A stretch of 64,000 nt of DNA. Origin: Raillietiella orientalis. Taxonomy: Eukaryota. Under the pieces are notes generated by a model. The model was given only the letters and a program-made list of their open reading frames with translations. It was not told the origin of the DNA and ran no database searches. The stretch spans positions 4,960,001-5,024,000 of the forward strand of contig JAYWIR010000007.1 in assembly GCA_036172245.1 (NCBI GenBank). The letters run 5' to 3'. Positions 23,301 to 36,439 of the stretch are shown piece by piece (the first letter of the stretch is position 1; every line of letters begins with the position of its first letter). Position numbers and translations under genes: made by a program.

Positions 23301-26300
23301 TTACACGGCGGAACGTTTTGGCAGTAGGGAATCAATTGATAAAGCAACCGCCTCGGCGGCAGCGAATCGATTCCATTTCCGGTTCGAGAACTCTCGTGTG
23401 CACAGTGGCGAACAAAGCGGTTTTTGCCACAGCCGATGGGAAATGCGGGCTCGGGCAGGGGCAGAAAGAAAACTCGCCGCGGTCACACAGGCTCGGAGCG
23501 TTCGACCTTTTCCCATGCCCCGCCTCCGCCTGGCGGACGACAAACAGTCAGGCAGCGGTCAACTTGGCCACCACCCACCTCGTGGAACGGACGTCCCTTG
23601 CACAAAAAAAAAAAAAAAGGGATTGGACAAACTTACGCGAAGACAACGTCCAGGAGATCGCAAAGATGGTCATCCCTTACGCTGTATCCTTGAATTCAAT
23701 TGGGAAAACATCCATCTGTCTCGACACACCCACACCCGGGGGCGCGAAAGAACTCTCTTCGCGACAAACCAACGGTCCGCAGCATGGAATTCGCCACGAC
23801 CGTATGGGTCTCAGGAAGGAAGTCAAAAAAACGCCTCCTCCGACTGTACACGGAGAAACACACACTCTGAAATCGTTCGGCTGGGAACGCAGAGACTCGA
23901 TGAAGCGACTACTACGAATGATGCAAACGAGATGATGATGACGATGACGATGACGATGACGAACAATGACAACGCAGGTCCGCGGAGCGCGGTCGAAACC
24001 GGCGGTCTGCCGCACCTGCAGCGATGGCGGAGACGCAGTGGCCGCAAGGGGCAGCGCGCTCTGGCGGCTACTGCGCTTGGAGAGGTGAACAGAGAGGCGC
24101 TTACCTTTTATTGCTGTCCAGGAAGCTATCGAACTCGACCGACATCTTGCAGCAGAGCGCCTTCCTGGGGAAGAGAGGCACCCGTGTCAAGCAGGAATCG
24201 CTGCGCGGAATCGGGCATTCGCCTCGACTTTCATCCCGTGGACGCCCCCACGAGAGCCGCAGCCGGGATTTTGGCACCCGGCGCGGCGTTGCTCTTCGCG
24301 CTTCTGCGGTTGGGAAGGAAGAGGGGGGGGGGGGGAGACACTCTCTCGCTCAACAGGAACTCTGAATACCTCGGCTCACACAGCACCAACAGGAAAGCGC
24401 CGCTATAGGGAACGGCGGGCACATGGGAGTGGCCACACGCAGGAATGCGGCGGACCACGGGTCCTCCACCTAAACTCTGCGCGTACGCGGGACGCAAGAC
24501 ATGCGTTGTCCTCATGCAAGGTGGCACGTCGGAGCGCGCGACACGCGAGCACTCCGTGTTTGTTGGAGGCGCGTCTGGAGGGAGGCAGCGGGCGCGCGTG
24601 CTGGGACCCACGCGGCCCATCAGCATCCAGATTCCCTGGAACGGTCGAGCTCGTCGCAAGTCCACGTGGCGGTAATTCCAGGAACCCGGACCGCTCGCTC
24701 GGGTCGGCAGTCCGGGTCACGTGCACCTGCAGGGGAAAAGGAGAGATTTCGGGAGGACCTGGACGAAACACGAAGGGGTTGGGGGCACTGCGCAGGGAGC
24801 GGAGGTCCGCGAGAGGCGCAAGCGAACATCGCGGTGTTTTCAGCCGAGAGGGTGCCGGACTCCAGTCACGCAGACGTACGACGACGAGCCCGACGTTCGG
24901 AAAAAAAGAAATCCACACCCCTTCCCACCCTTTGCACACATGTGCTTCCCGGTGAGCGCGGGGGATGAAGCGCGGGAGGCCGGACGATACGGATCTGGAT
25001 GCGAAAAGCAGGCAACCAGTTAAATCCGGGAATTCCAGCGATCACCGGGAGCGGAAATCGCAGTCTGGACAAGCCACGTGCGAGCAGATCAATTCATGCG
25101 AACACATGAAATGATGCTGCGTGCTGGATGAATGCAAAGGATCTTTTTTTTTTTTTTTGAACCCCTGTCTTTTCCATGCTATCCATTCCGCGGGAGATCA
25201 GGAGAAGAAAAAGAGGCGAAGAAAAAAAAAAGGGGGGGGGGGGGGAGGGGGAATGCATCTCGGAAGTCTCTCGAAAACGAAAATAAGAATCTACGGACTG
25301 AAACCGCAAGGCGAAATTCCCTGAACTCGATGACGTCAAAGGACCACGTTATCTAGAGTCAGGCTGAGCGCGGACCTTCCACGTAGGAGGCATTGGTTCG
25401 GCGAAAGCAAACATCCCGCTCAAGAAGCGAGGGAGGGGGGAGTTTGCGCGTGGAAAGGACGTCGCTTCTCTTTTTTATCTCACCATCTCCGTAACCACGG
25501 CGATGACGACCACGGCGACGACTAAACAAGTGGAGATGAGCCAACTTCTCATGGGACGGGATGTGTTCGCGAAACACAAACACGCGCGCACGAGAACACT
25601 TACCTGTTGTGGGAGGATGAGCAGTTGGTGTTGATGAGGTGGCCATCTGGAAAGGAACAGAGCTGACGTTACGCACTGCACTGCAAGATGGCGGGGACAG
25701 GGCAACAGCAAGAGAGTCAGCCACCAAAGTGGAAAAGAAAAAAAGTATATGTCTACGTCGGTCGGCGCGCTCCGAAATGCTGCTGTACCGTACGCTCCGG
25801 TTTCTTCTGTACGCGGTTTTCCTGTAGGAACGTGCGAAATCCACACGGCGGGAAAAACGCCGTGAAAGCGGGTCGTCGTCAAGGGGATCCGGAAAGCGTA
25901 CGCGATCCTCCGCTCCTAGACAACCGAACCGTCGCCCTTCCTCCTGGTCGAGGGACGATGGTCGAAAAACCGCGCACACTCGCCCTGGGGACAAGAAAAC
26001 CGGCGCACGCCGCCGGTCCTGCGCCTGCGTTCGCGAACCTGGCGCACTGGCGGTGGCTGCGAGCTCGCGGGACCGAAGCGACACCAGCGGCGAGCCTGGT
26101 GGTCCTCCCTCTCTCCCTCGGCAAGGGATCTGGTCTCGGGTTCCCGGGATCCCCTCGCGACGAGGTTGGGGGCTGCGGAGGCGACAGGCAGCAGGGACGC
26201 TTTAGCAACGACATCCCAAGTCGAGAGGAAGGGGAAGGGACGATTCCTCCAGGATTCGGGTCCGGGTTCCTCCGCTCCGTCGGGGAGAAGGGCCTCACCC

Positions 26301-29300
26301 TTTCTTCCCACGGGCGTCTTAGGAGAGCAGGGGCTGCTCCACTGTGCAAGGGCCAGCGGGTGGGTTCACGTCCTCTTCCTGCAGGGTGTGGGACCCGCTG
26401 ACCGATGCGCGAAGCGGGCGAAACCGAGACGCGCGCACTGGGCCCTCGCTCGCACCTCACGCGCGCGTGCGCACTCAATCTCCGTCTGAACTGTCTTCCG
26501 GAGGGGAAGGCTCTCTCCGCGAGCGCTTCCAGCTCCGTGCCGTTCCTCCGTGGCCCACAGCAACCGATGCCACGCTCCGCGGAGGCATGCTCGCGACCAC
26601 GACTCACTTCCCGGGAGCGGCGGTGAGCCCAGTGTGCAGCGGTCGCCGGCCAACAGGCCTCGTTTCCGTCCGCCGGGAGGAGGAGGAGGAAACGGCGAGG
26701 GGGTGACTGGAGACTTCATGCTGGTCTTCCCTGCGGCCCGTGGGACGTGCCCCATCCCGGCGGTAGCGCAGGAAGGATAGGCGCGTAGGACCGCTCGATG
26801 GTGGTGACCTCACGGTGTTTTCCTCCCCCAGCGGCGGCAGCTTGCGCGTCGGGTTGCCCCGGGGGAGCTTCGATCCAGGGCAGTTTGGGTCGCGCAGCAA
26901 GGCGCGACGGGAGGTCGTGCCCCGGCGGGTCGGTGCTCGGTGGCCAGCACGTAAACAGCAACAAAGACGCCGGGAAGGAAGGCGGGGAGAAGGAGGGCGA
27001 AAGGGGCCGAGCGCTGTCCCTTATCGGACGGATCACCTCGCACACGCCCCCTTATCAGATGGGGGACCCCAAGTCGTAAGAAGGACAACGCGACCTCTGT
27101 CACAGAAGGGAGGAGATCCGCCCGGAAGACCCGAGGCTCGCGAAGGACGGCATTCCGCCCTGTCCTCCGGCCTGCGTGCCCGGAGGGCACCCGCGCAGCC
27201 TCCGCTCTGCGACCCGCCTCCCGTCGACGACGGCCCGGAGGCGCTCGGAGCAACGAAGAGGGCACACCCGGAGGGGGAGGCGGAAAAGGGAAGACCTGCT
27301 GGGGTCCGCTCGCGAGAACCACCTCCCACGCCTCTTCCCGGAAGAGCCTCCGGCAAACGCAAGCCCGGAGGGACCTCTCGAGCCGTGCTCGCTGACCCCG
27401 CCGGTCCCTTCCCCGCGCGGGAGTGCGCTCCGACACCCACAAGGGCGGGGAGAGCGGGGAGAGCAGCAGCAGCTGCTGCTGCTCCCCTTCCCCCTCTGGA
27501 GGCGGCCGCCACATCGCGCCAGCCTCCCTGGGCTGCAGCCCATTCGGCGGGCGCGCAGCGGCGTCGCTCAGGGCGGTCCGCTTTTCGCCTGACCGAACGG
27601 GAAGGACCCGAAATCGGACTCCTCCTCGGCCCCGTCCTTTGTCTGCTCCTGGACCGAGAAGGGAGGAGTTCATCGGGTCACCGCTTGCCGTCTCGAAGGG
27701 TGAACGAAGGGAGAAGGGGTGCGCGCGCGTGCTCGTTCCCTTTCTGGGGGACGCGGGTTCTTCCCCCTGCCCCCCCTTCCCCAGCATCTACTGGGGCCTC
27801 GGGTCTTCATTTCGAGCTTCCGCCGCCTACCGCGCGAAGTCTCCCCCCGTCCGCTCGAGAGGAGAACTCCCGGGGGGAGAGGGACGGGGTTGCCGGCGAT
27901 CGCGGCGCGGGTGGGTCGGGAGCGGCACGAAACGCCCACGCCCTTTCGAAGGACCGCGAGCGGCGGCAGAGAAACGGAGGGACGGGAGGGGGAATGGGGG
28001 GAGGGGGGGGCAGCTGTCGAGCGGTGCCGGCTCGAGTCAGCTCGGAGAATGGCCGCGTTTCCCTCCGACCTCCCCTTCCCTCCCCCCGCCTTGTTCCAGA
28101 TGGACTCGTGCGCGCCTTCTCCGTCTTCCTTCCCTCGCCTGCCCACTCGCCCTCCAGGATCGCCACGTGTTGGCACAGGTGGCGTGTCTGGGAACCGGAT
28201 CGGAGTCTCTAGGAACATGCCCTCCCCCCTTCCCCCCTATAGTCTGTGTCGAGAGGAAACGGGGGAAAAACGGAGCTGTCCTTTCGGCCGCCCGCAACGG
28301 GAAGAGAGGAGCAAGCGCGGGTGCTTAAACGGGAGGATGGGCAAGTGGGCTCATTCAGGGGGAAGGGGGAGGAGGAGAAAGGTCGAGGCGACCTGACCTC
28401 TGCGAGGTGCCCCTTCTGAACGTTCTGGAGGAATAGACAGACAGACCTCCCTAAAAAAGCATCGCTGAGCATGCGCATTCGCGCCTTAGGCAAGTGGGCG
28501 CAGCAGTCTTGGCTCTCACTCGGCAGGGGAAGGGAGGAAGGGAAACCGAGGCAAGCGGACCTCCGCCAGGAGGTGCGCGGCGCCTGGCACGCGCGCGGTG
28601 GATACGGAGGCGCCCTTAGCGAGGGAGCAGACGGGAGGGAAGAAAGGGGGGAGGAGGGGCGGGCGAGGAAGAAGTACATCTCGCCTTCTGCCCCTCCCCG
28701 CGCCGCCAGGCCCAGCCCGCAGGTCCATCGCCGCCTTTTCCCGGGCGGCGGGGTCCCGGTAGCGCGCGGGAGGGGCGGGATGTGGGGCTGGGGAAGGAGG
28801 GGCGGACGCCACCCTTCGCGCGCGCGTCGCCTCCTCCTCCTCCTCTCCGATGAAGCGCCTGGACCGCTGGCGCATTCCTCGTGGCGCGCCGGAGGAGCCT
28901 CGTAAATCACGCGGACGACCACGAGGGCGCGCGCGCGCGAGGAGATCGCCGGCCGGCCGTGCGTCACGAACGCCCAATTAGGGCGGCGGCCGGGGAGGCG
29001 AAAGGGTTCCCCCGGTGGCGGAGGGGGAGAGCCGGACCGGCTGCTGCCGCTGCCGCGTCCGCCCTTCCGACGACGCATCTGTCGCGGGGGAGGCGCAGGT
29101 GGACGGGGCGGCGGCCGCCCCGCGAGGAGGAGCACCGCTAGCTCGAAACGGGCGCGCAGCAAGGACCGCGCGGGGCTCCCTCCGCGCGTTCCCACGGTGA
29201 CTGGCTCGCCTCTTCCCGTCGCGCGGCGGCGCGGAGAAGGAAGGAAGGATCTGCAGAGACAGAGAAGATTCGGTTTCGCCTGTTGTGCATCAGGCAGCCC

Positions 29301-32300
29301 CCCTCCCGCACTGCGCGCGCGCACGCCCTCCCCCCTCCCCCTCTCTTAGCGCGCACGCCCGCGTCGCGTGCTACGAGGCAGAGGAGGAGGAGGAGGACAG
29401 AAGCGTCATCCCTGCCGCTCCTTCGGGGACGCATCTCGGCGGGCGCTGAACGCCTCTGACGTCTCTCCCCCTCCTGCCCTCCCTCCCTTTCTTTCCCCGC
29501 CGAGAACCCGCAGGAGGGGGCGGCGGCAGCGCAGGGAAGCGGCCGCGGGCGCTCGGAGAGGGAGGCGCGGAGGGCACGGGTCACGGACAATGGGAACGGA
29601 GGCACCAGCATTCCGTCCGCGAGCAACGCAGGGGCGCTTTTGTTCCACAGCTCCCACGGGAAGAGGCCGAGGGGGCGAAGGGCGTGCAGGGGCGCGAACG
29701 GCGAGATGTGAGGGCCGCCGCGCGCAGCCTCCAGCGGCGACTGCGCGTCGGCAGGAGAGTCGCCGTCTCCTTGTGCTACGCCTCCTGCTCATCAGCCTTC
29801 CCAGACGCTCAAGGGAACGCAGGATACCGCGACCGCGAGTTCCTTCCCCTACAGCGATCCAAAAAATAAAAGAAAAAAGAGGGAAAGAGAGGAGAAGGAA
29901 CACCGGAAGGTGCTCTCGTATACTCGTGAGCGGGGAAGACGCGGGTTTTTTTCCCTCCTTGTAGGTACTTCCCGGAGAGGCAGAGGGGACGGGATTCCCA
30001 TCGAGCGCCGCGAAACGCAGGGATGAAGAAGGGATCACTTTCGAGCAGGGGGTGACATCGGGATCGAGGGAAAAAGGAGAAAAAGAGAGAGAGAGAGAGA
30101 GAGGAAAAGCTTGATGGGAAATCCTTCTTTTCATCCCGAGACCCCAAGCGAACCCTCGGGATCGTGGGAGAAGAAAGCAGGAGCAGGGAAGTGGAAGAGG
30201 GGGAGGGGAAAAGACGTGAACTGACGGCAACAGGAGCTGCAGCCGCCCTTCGGTCAACCGGAAAGCGCGCGTGTGTGCGTGCAGAGCACACTGACGGAGG
30301 GAGGAAGAAGGAAAACAGGAGGAGGAGAGAGCAGTAAAAAGAGGGAGGGAAGGAGGAGGGAGGAGGAGAAAGCGAAGCGAAGAAGGGAGGGAGGGGATGA
30401 GCGAATAAATGGACGTAGGAACCACCGGCTCCTTGTTTTCATCAAGCGTTCCCGTTGTGCTGTCCGTGAAGAGGGAAGGAGGAGAAAGAAGAGGGAGTTG
30501 AACGGACCACGCGAGCCTGCGGCGTGCGCGGGAGGCAGCAGCAGTTCTGCTTGCACGCCACTGACCCGGGCTGCTTGCTCGCTAAGTTTCCGGCACGCGA
30601 GGACACATGAGCGTTGCTACGCCGGCGTGCTGCAGGGGTCAGGTAGGTTCTCCACTGCAGCGGGTGGCCCGCCCACCCAGGATGGTTCGAGCGGGACGGA
30701 GTGGCACTGCTTTGCCCTGGGCAACCCCAGCGGATTGCCTGCGAGAAGCCGAATCGCCGCTCCAAGTCCGACTGGGAGCGACAGGCGAAGGACATCTTCC
30801 TCCCCCGGCGAGGAGGGGAGGAAGACAAACGGAAACCCCTGAGGGTCGGGGCACCGGACCGGCAACCGCCGGACTGCTCGGGATGACCCGGTTTCTGTAC
30901 TTCGCCGCGGCGGACGCGAGCGCACCGGGAAACGCAGAAGGACGAGAGGCTGTTCCGTTTGCTGTTCCGCCTCCCGACAGTGGTGCGCTTCGCGGACGCT
31001 CGCAGAGGCGGTGGTGGCTCCTTGCAGCTCAGGTGGAGCGCGTAAGCTGCTTCTGGCACCGCGGCTCTATCTACTCGGATGCACCACGCGCCCTCGCAAC
31101 TGAGGAGCTGCCTCCGGATGGAATCTGATCGCTCGCCGCAGGGAGGTAGGCGCCCCCCCCCCCGTCCAGCAGGCGTTGGAAGAGCCTTGGCGCATGCGCG
31201 CATCCTGTTTGGACGCCGCACAGGTGGGAGGCGATAAGCGGAGGACGGTCTCGAGGAGGGAATTCGGTTTGCGAGCCCGAGGCAGGGAGCGACCACGCAG
31301 CCTCTGAGAGGGCAGCAGTAGGTACACACACAAAAAAAAACGCAGCCCGGAGAAACCGCTGCCGCCTCGCGGAGTCACGACGCCCGTCCTCCTGAGCGAG
31401 AACGGTCCCCATTTTCGAACAGGGGGACGGGAGTGCATGAGCATTTTCACGGAGCGTGGGAGGGCACGCACCCAGACGGAGGACTTCATTAGCGCTCTGC
31501 AAAATGAGCCCGGACAACCGCAGCGAGGACAGTGCTCTTGACCACCGGCGTGAAACCACCCTCCACACTCGCGCCTCGTGTCTCGCGGACCGGGCAACGT
31601 GGAAATGCGGTGCACCACCACCAGCAGCAGCTGCACCGCTACGGCGAAAAAAATAACAACAAAAAAAAATCCGGCTCCACGTTCCATCTGCATCATGGGG
31701 GAGGCCGGTGAACCGACGGGTAACAACCTGCGGGCAGCCGAACAGCCGAGCGTCTTTTCGGCACGGAGACGCTCGGCGGCGACACGGTAGCGCGCGCCGG
31801 AAGCCTCGTGGTGGCGCGAGACCCCCTACCAAGCGACGTCCTCTCTCTCGCCCGTTGAAAACACCCCCCAGCTGTCTCCCCCTTCTCCCTGAGCAGCCCC
31901 ACCGGTGAGGCTTCGCCGCCGGCGCGCGGCGCCAGATACATCCCGACACCTTCCCGACGCCCGATGAAAGTCGTCGTAATGAGTGACAGATGGACCTCTC
32001 CGCCCACCCCCCTCTACGAACGCGCGCGCGCCTGAACATCCCTTTTACGGCAGGAGGAGGGAGCTGCCGTGGCCCTAAGGGGCCGCGGATTTACGATGCC
32101 CATGAAACGCCATCGCGGTTTTCGCTGCTTCTGCACTGCGGCGACGCCGACGGAGGAAGAAGCGGTGGCTCTCGCGAGGGACCTTCGCCGGGGAGGCGTG
32201 AAGACGGGCGACGTCGGCAGCCGACAGTGCGCCCCTTCCTTTGCGAACGGAGGAGGAGGAATTGGGACTTAACGAATGGAGGAGGAGAGTTGCACTTACT

Positions 32301-34751
32301 GAGCTTCTTCTGGTACTCGTCGTCGGCGGAGTCTGTGTAGAAGTAGATCTGGAAGAAAAGAGCATCAGCATGAGAGAGAGAGAGAGAGAGAGAGAGGCTG
32401 AAAACAAAAATGAGGGTGGGGGATGGGGAGGGCGCGGTCTGACTCGGCTCACGAGGCGGCGAGAGTGCACCACTCCCCGCGACGCCGCGAGGGACCGTCC
32501 CCGAGCTACGTCGCGACCTAGCAGCGGCCCTCAGGACACTTTTCCGAGGGAGGCATCCGCCCTCGGCAAGAAGACACGCGGAGGAACGTTCCACGTGAGT
32601 ACAACACTGCGATCAGCGTCCAGGTCCTGTACGGCGAATGCTGTCCGAAAGAGAGAAGAGGGCCGCATCCAATCTATGCGCCATCGGTCGGCAAGGGACG
32701 CACAAACTGTCGGAGACTTCCCACCACCCCCTCTCGAGTTCTCGGATAGGGGAGGAGTGTGTGTGTGGGGGGGGAAGCGTCAGAGTACGCTGTCACGTTC
32801 TCCCGAGACGCGGTGGCGTCCCGGGTTTCCGGGACACACGAGACGAAAGGAGGGGAGCGCGCCGGGGACTCCCAAGACCCTCCCTTCTGCTGGGAGAGGA
32901 GAACCGGACGGGTCATATGGCCCCGCCGCCGCTTCCACGCTGCGGACCGCTCTCCTCTCGCAGCTTCCGCCAGACTGCATCTGGGAAGGGTTCGCTCTCG
33001 TCTTTCACATCCGCGGGGGGCGGGGTGGGGGGAAATCCTTTCGCGGGGAGACACTGCGATCAGCCGACCCTCAAAGGGCCCTCCGACAGCCCCTTTCGCA
33101 CGCGCGCTTTCAGCAACTGCTGCCGCTCAGCTGACTCGGGAGACTGAACGGGAAGGAGACGACGGTGCATTCGAGGGTAAAGGGGAGGGGGGGAGAAGGG
33201 GAGGGGGAGATCCTTTAGCAGAAGTGCACAGGCATCTGAGGGGGAAGACCCGATGGGTGTGCGAGAGGGTCCGAGCCTCGACACGCGGGTTCTCCTCCCG
33301 TCCGCAGGGCAGCGCCCAAAGTTCGACTTGCAGAGTTCCGCTGCCTCCGCTGCAGCAAAAAAGCAAGATAAAGGGAAACGAAAGGAAAAAAAGGAGGAAA
33401 AGGAGAAGAGGAGGGGGCAAAAAAAGAAAAAGAAAAAGAAAGAAGACCACTGACGTTATCAGCGTGTGAACGCCAACTTTCGGAATGATTTGCAAGGGTC
33501 GGGTGCCGGCGTTTCCGCGGCGACACTGAAGAGTGGACGGGAACGCTCGTTCTCCGCTCGTCTCTCCACAAGAAAAGCGCCAACGCGACGGGTGGAGGCG
33601 AACGCAGGTAGCGCCCTCCCTCCTCACTCCCCACCCCCAGCCGGGCTGCAGCGTCTGAGTCTTCCTTCATCTACCGGCAGTCACCACGGACCAGAAAGAA
33701 GGAAAGAAGGGGGGGGGGGGACTCCGGACGGAACGTCCGCTATGTGCGCGCGCGTTTTCTCCTAGCAGCCCGGGCAGATGGCCAGCAACCGCCCACTGGA
33801 CAGTTTCGACTCCTCCCTGCCACCGGCAGGCACGTCTTCCCACCGCCGTGCGCACTTCTGCACCGTCGGCGGGCCGAAGCAGGGACGTTGGAGCACGGCG
33901 ACACACGCGGCACTGACCCGTGCATGCAGGAGGTCACCTGCCACCGACTCCACCCGACCGATTAGCAAGATTATCCCCCCCCCCCGGCTTGACCACCTGG
34001 GGGAAGTGTATGTGAGGGGGGGGGGGGAGAGATGGAAATCCTGTGCGTTACCGTTCGTGCCGCGTAGCCACGCATCACTCGCGCGCTCTGGCAGCGGACT
34101 TCGTACTTTGGACGCCGCGCACACTACCGAGTGTGGCGTGACGGCAACCGTTTACGGGGGCGCGGCGTAGTTCCCTCTGCCCCCCCTTTCCCCCCAACAG
34201 TTTTACCGCGCCCACGTCACCGTGCGTCACGCTCCCCACCTTCCTGCGAAAGCCCTAACCGGCTTTCGTGCTCTGCTTTCTTCCTTGTTCTTCGACAGAG
34301 CCGAACGGCGGACGCGCACACAAGGGAGGAAGGAGGAGGGAAGGGGGGAGGAGATCGTGCGGGAACCTCCACTTACGCTGCCTTTGGCCATCTGGTACCA
34401 CGTCCTCATGATCACGTCCAATCTGGTACGGTGGTACGCTCCCGTCGTTTTCACGGTGATGTGCACGTCGGAGAGATTGACGCCGTCGTCCGGAGGCGTG
34501 CTCCGCGCGGAGCTGGCGTTTGCTGACCCGGAGTCGCTGCGCGGGATCCCATTCCACAGGCTCTCCCTTGCGCGCAGCGACCTCGGGGGCCTGTGCTGAC
34601 GGCTCTCGGAGTGCAGGAACAGGGGATCCGCGCCCTCGGGGCTCCTTTTCAGGGAAAGCAGGAGGCACACGGCCGATATCGAAAAGCAAAGGACGCTGCA
34701 CGCCACTGGGAACAGTCTGCATCGCATCCGGGCGGTCTGCGCCTCTACCAT
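18142..34751 (-). CDS. fng: Fringe: O-fucosylpeptide 3-beta-N-acetylglucosaminyltransferase (Notch modifier), 10 exons, ~354 aa
   Basis: Exons (minus) 34377-34751, 32300-32348, 25604-25646, 24105-24164, 22038-22185, 20112-20197, 18550-18620, 18396-18490, 18253-18335, 18142-18196, all GT-AG and in phase. The product has an N-terminal TM anchor, then [53 protein letters not shown] (DxD), [30 protein letters not shown] and [14 protein letters not shown]. Confidence 0.97.
20900..21800 (+). mobile_element. Possible degraded PIF/Harbinger transposase in fringe intron 5
   Basis: Frame-shifted peptides in HARBI1-like order: [14 protein letters not shown] (N-terminal helix), SGTTLELPP (IDGTH-like), VQAVAV...FPGG (NVQ..PGS-like) and [16 protein letters not shown] (GYP..LMTPY-like). 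The resemblance is weak and was judged by eye. Confidence 0.35.
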
Positions 34752-34822
34752 CGCTGCCTCCTTTCAGCCGCCGCAGAGCACCCTGCGGGAAAAGGAATCG
34801 GTGCGCCGGAGCACGCGCTCGC

Positions 34823-34857
34823 ACGTCGGCCTGGCATCTCGCTTTCACAACAACTGA
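34823..34857 (-). promoter_or_regulatory. Candidate fringe core promoter (Inr with DPE-like element)
   Basis: TCAGTT (arthropod Inr consensus TCAKTY) on the minus strand at 34852-34857, ~100 nt upstream of the ATG. CGACGT at +28 to +33 is a near match to the DPE consensus. Confidence 0.35.
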
Positions 34858-35759
34858 AGCTACCGTGCGCGGGGCCGCGAGTGGGACGCTCGCATCTCTC
34901 CGCGTGTGCCCTGACGCTCATCCGCAATTGGTTCTGGCCAGCGGCTTGCCGGGGCTCGGAGAGCCTTTCTTTTACGCTTCCCGCCGGAACCCGAGCGCGA
35001 AGCAGCGGATCGGGATGTTGGTGCCGCAGGAGACCTGTCGCCCCGGCTGTGTGCTTTCTTCCCGCCCGATTCCTGAAAGGCACTTTTTTTATCTTCCATC
35101 GCTTGGACCGCCGATGGTGTGTCGTCGGTACTTAGCGCCGTGCTCCGTGCCGCCCGATCACACCAGCGAGCACGGATGCGATCCGGGTCGCTTGCGAAGG
35201 CTTGTGCAAGAAGGCGGGATGTTTGCAAGATGCTGGTTGATGATTTCAGTTCGTCCCCCGCTGTGAGGCGGTAGGTCGGACGTGGGTCGGGAGTTCGGTG
35301 TTTGTGATGGACGAGAAAAGCTCTTTTCGCGGCTGTAAAACGGAAACAGCTTCCAGCTGTCGGAGGCGCACAAAACAGACAATGCGGTGTGCTGAAATTT
35401 CTTCCGATTGGCAGGATCAGAGGCGACTGTGTAGTCTTTCGTGCGAACGGTCGCCGGGAGATATGTCTGTCGGCTTGATGGACCAAGATGGATTTGCTAC
35501 ATCGAACTTGGTTTCTACTCCTCGAAGACAAGATCAACCAAAGGGATGGTTTCTCTTCGAGGCGATATCAGCTTGCCTTTTTTTTCTTTCTTCTTCCCAT
35601 ACATTCATATACAGGTACACATACGTACCTGCTGCATGAAAGAATAAAAAACCTTCCGAAAACAACTTTTCTCCCTTACAAAGCCCCTACTTCGAGGGTG
35701 TAATACGCGCCCTGGAATCGACTTTCGTCTATCCTCCTTCTTCCAGTAGGCGACCCAAA

Positions 35760-36110
35760 GGTCATTTATCGACGCCTCTTTCTGCGTGACGGCCTACGCC
35801 CCGCTGCGTCTTTAGCAGTCCTCTGATGTGTTCGCGGCATCCTGGCGAGGTGGAACGCTGGAAGAAGAGGCCAAAAGAAGCAGGGACGCCATCCACTGGA
35901 CGACGGTCTTTCTGGAGACCGCGACAAGGTGGCGCCTACCGTGCAGTATAAAAACAGAACTTGTCAGCATCCTGGATAGGATGCAGAGGACGATCCAGGC
36001 GTCCAGTGATCCCTTCCCTGACCTCCTCTCCCCCAAAAAACCATTCCCCTTCCCGTTATCCTTCTTTTTGTTTCTTTTTGTTTGGGTTTCCCCTTTCCCT
36101 GTGCCTCAGG
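35760..36110 (+). mobile_element. L1/Tx1-like LINE 3' end fragment
   Basis: RDAIHWTTVFLETATRW...ELVSILDRMQR followed by TGATCCCTTCC and a pyrimidine tract. It matches copies at ~51, 55, 59, 60.5 and 62.5 kb, several of which carry the ORF2 CCHC finger. Confidence 0.7.
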
Positions 36111-36439
36111 AGAGGACCTCGCCGGTCATAGCACCGGGTCACGGGAAGTCTTCAAGCGTGATAGAACCAAGTGTTCTACCGCGACAGAAACTATTTATAG
36201 ACTTTATTATGTAATTTTGTAAAAAATTATAATAATAAATGCCCCAGCATATCCGGGTGATAAACTGCAAAAAAAAAAAATAAAAATACGCAGCACAGCT
36301 TATATCAAGGACACCAGGTAATGATTTGGGAAGTTTCGGCATAAAGCCCAGTTTTAGACTGGGCTTATGCTGAAGGTGGCAGTTTTAGACTGTCACCTTC
36401 AAGTGTTTTCATAAACACACCTCGTCTAGTTCCAGTACA

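Noticed and set aside
25359..33670. Many long overlapping ORFs (e.g. 26815-28212, 465 aa; 28209-29324, 371 aa; 29406-30425, 339 aa)
   Set aside because: They lie in very GC-rich fringe introns where stops are rare, occur in all six frames, and are R/G/P/A low-complexity with no domain motif.
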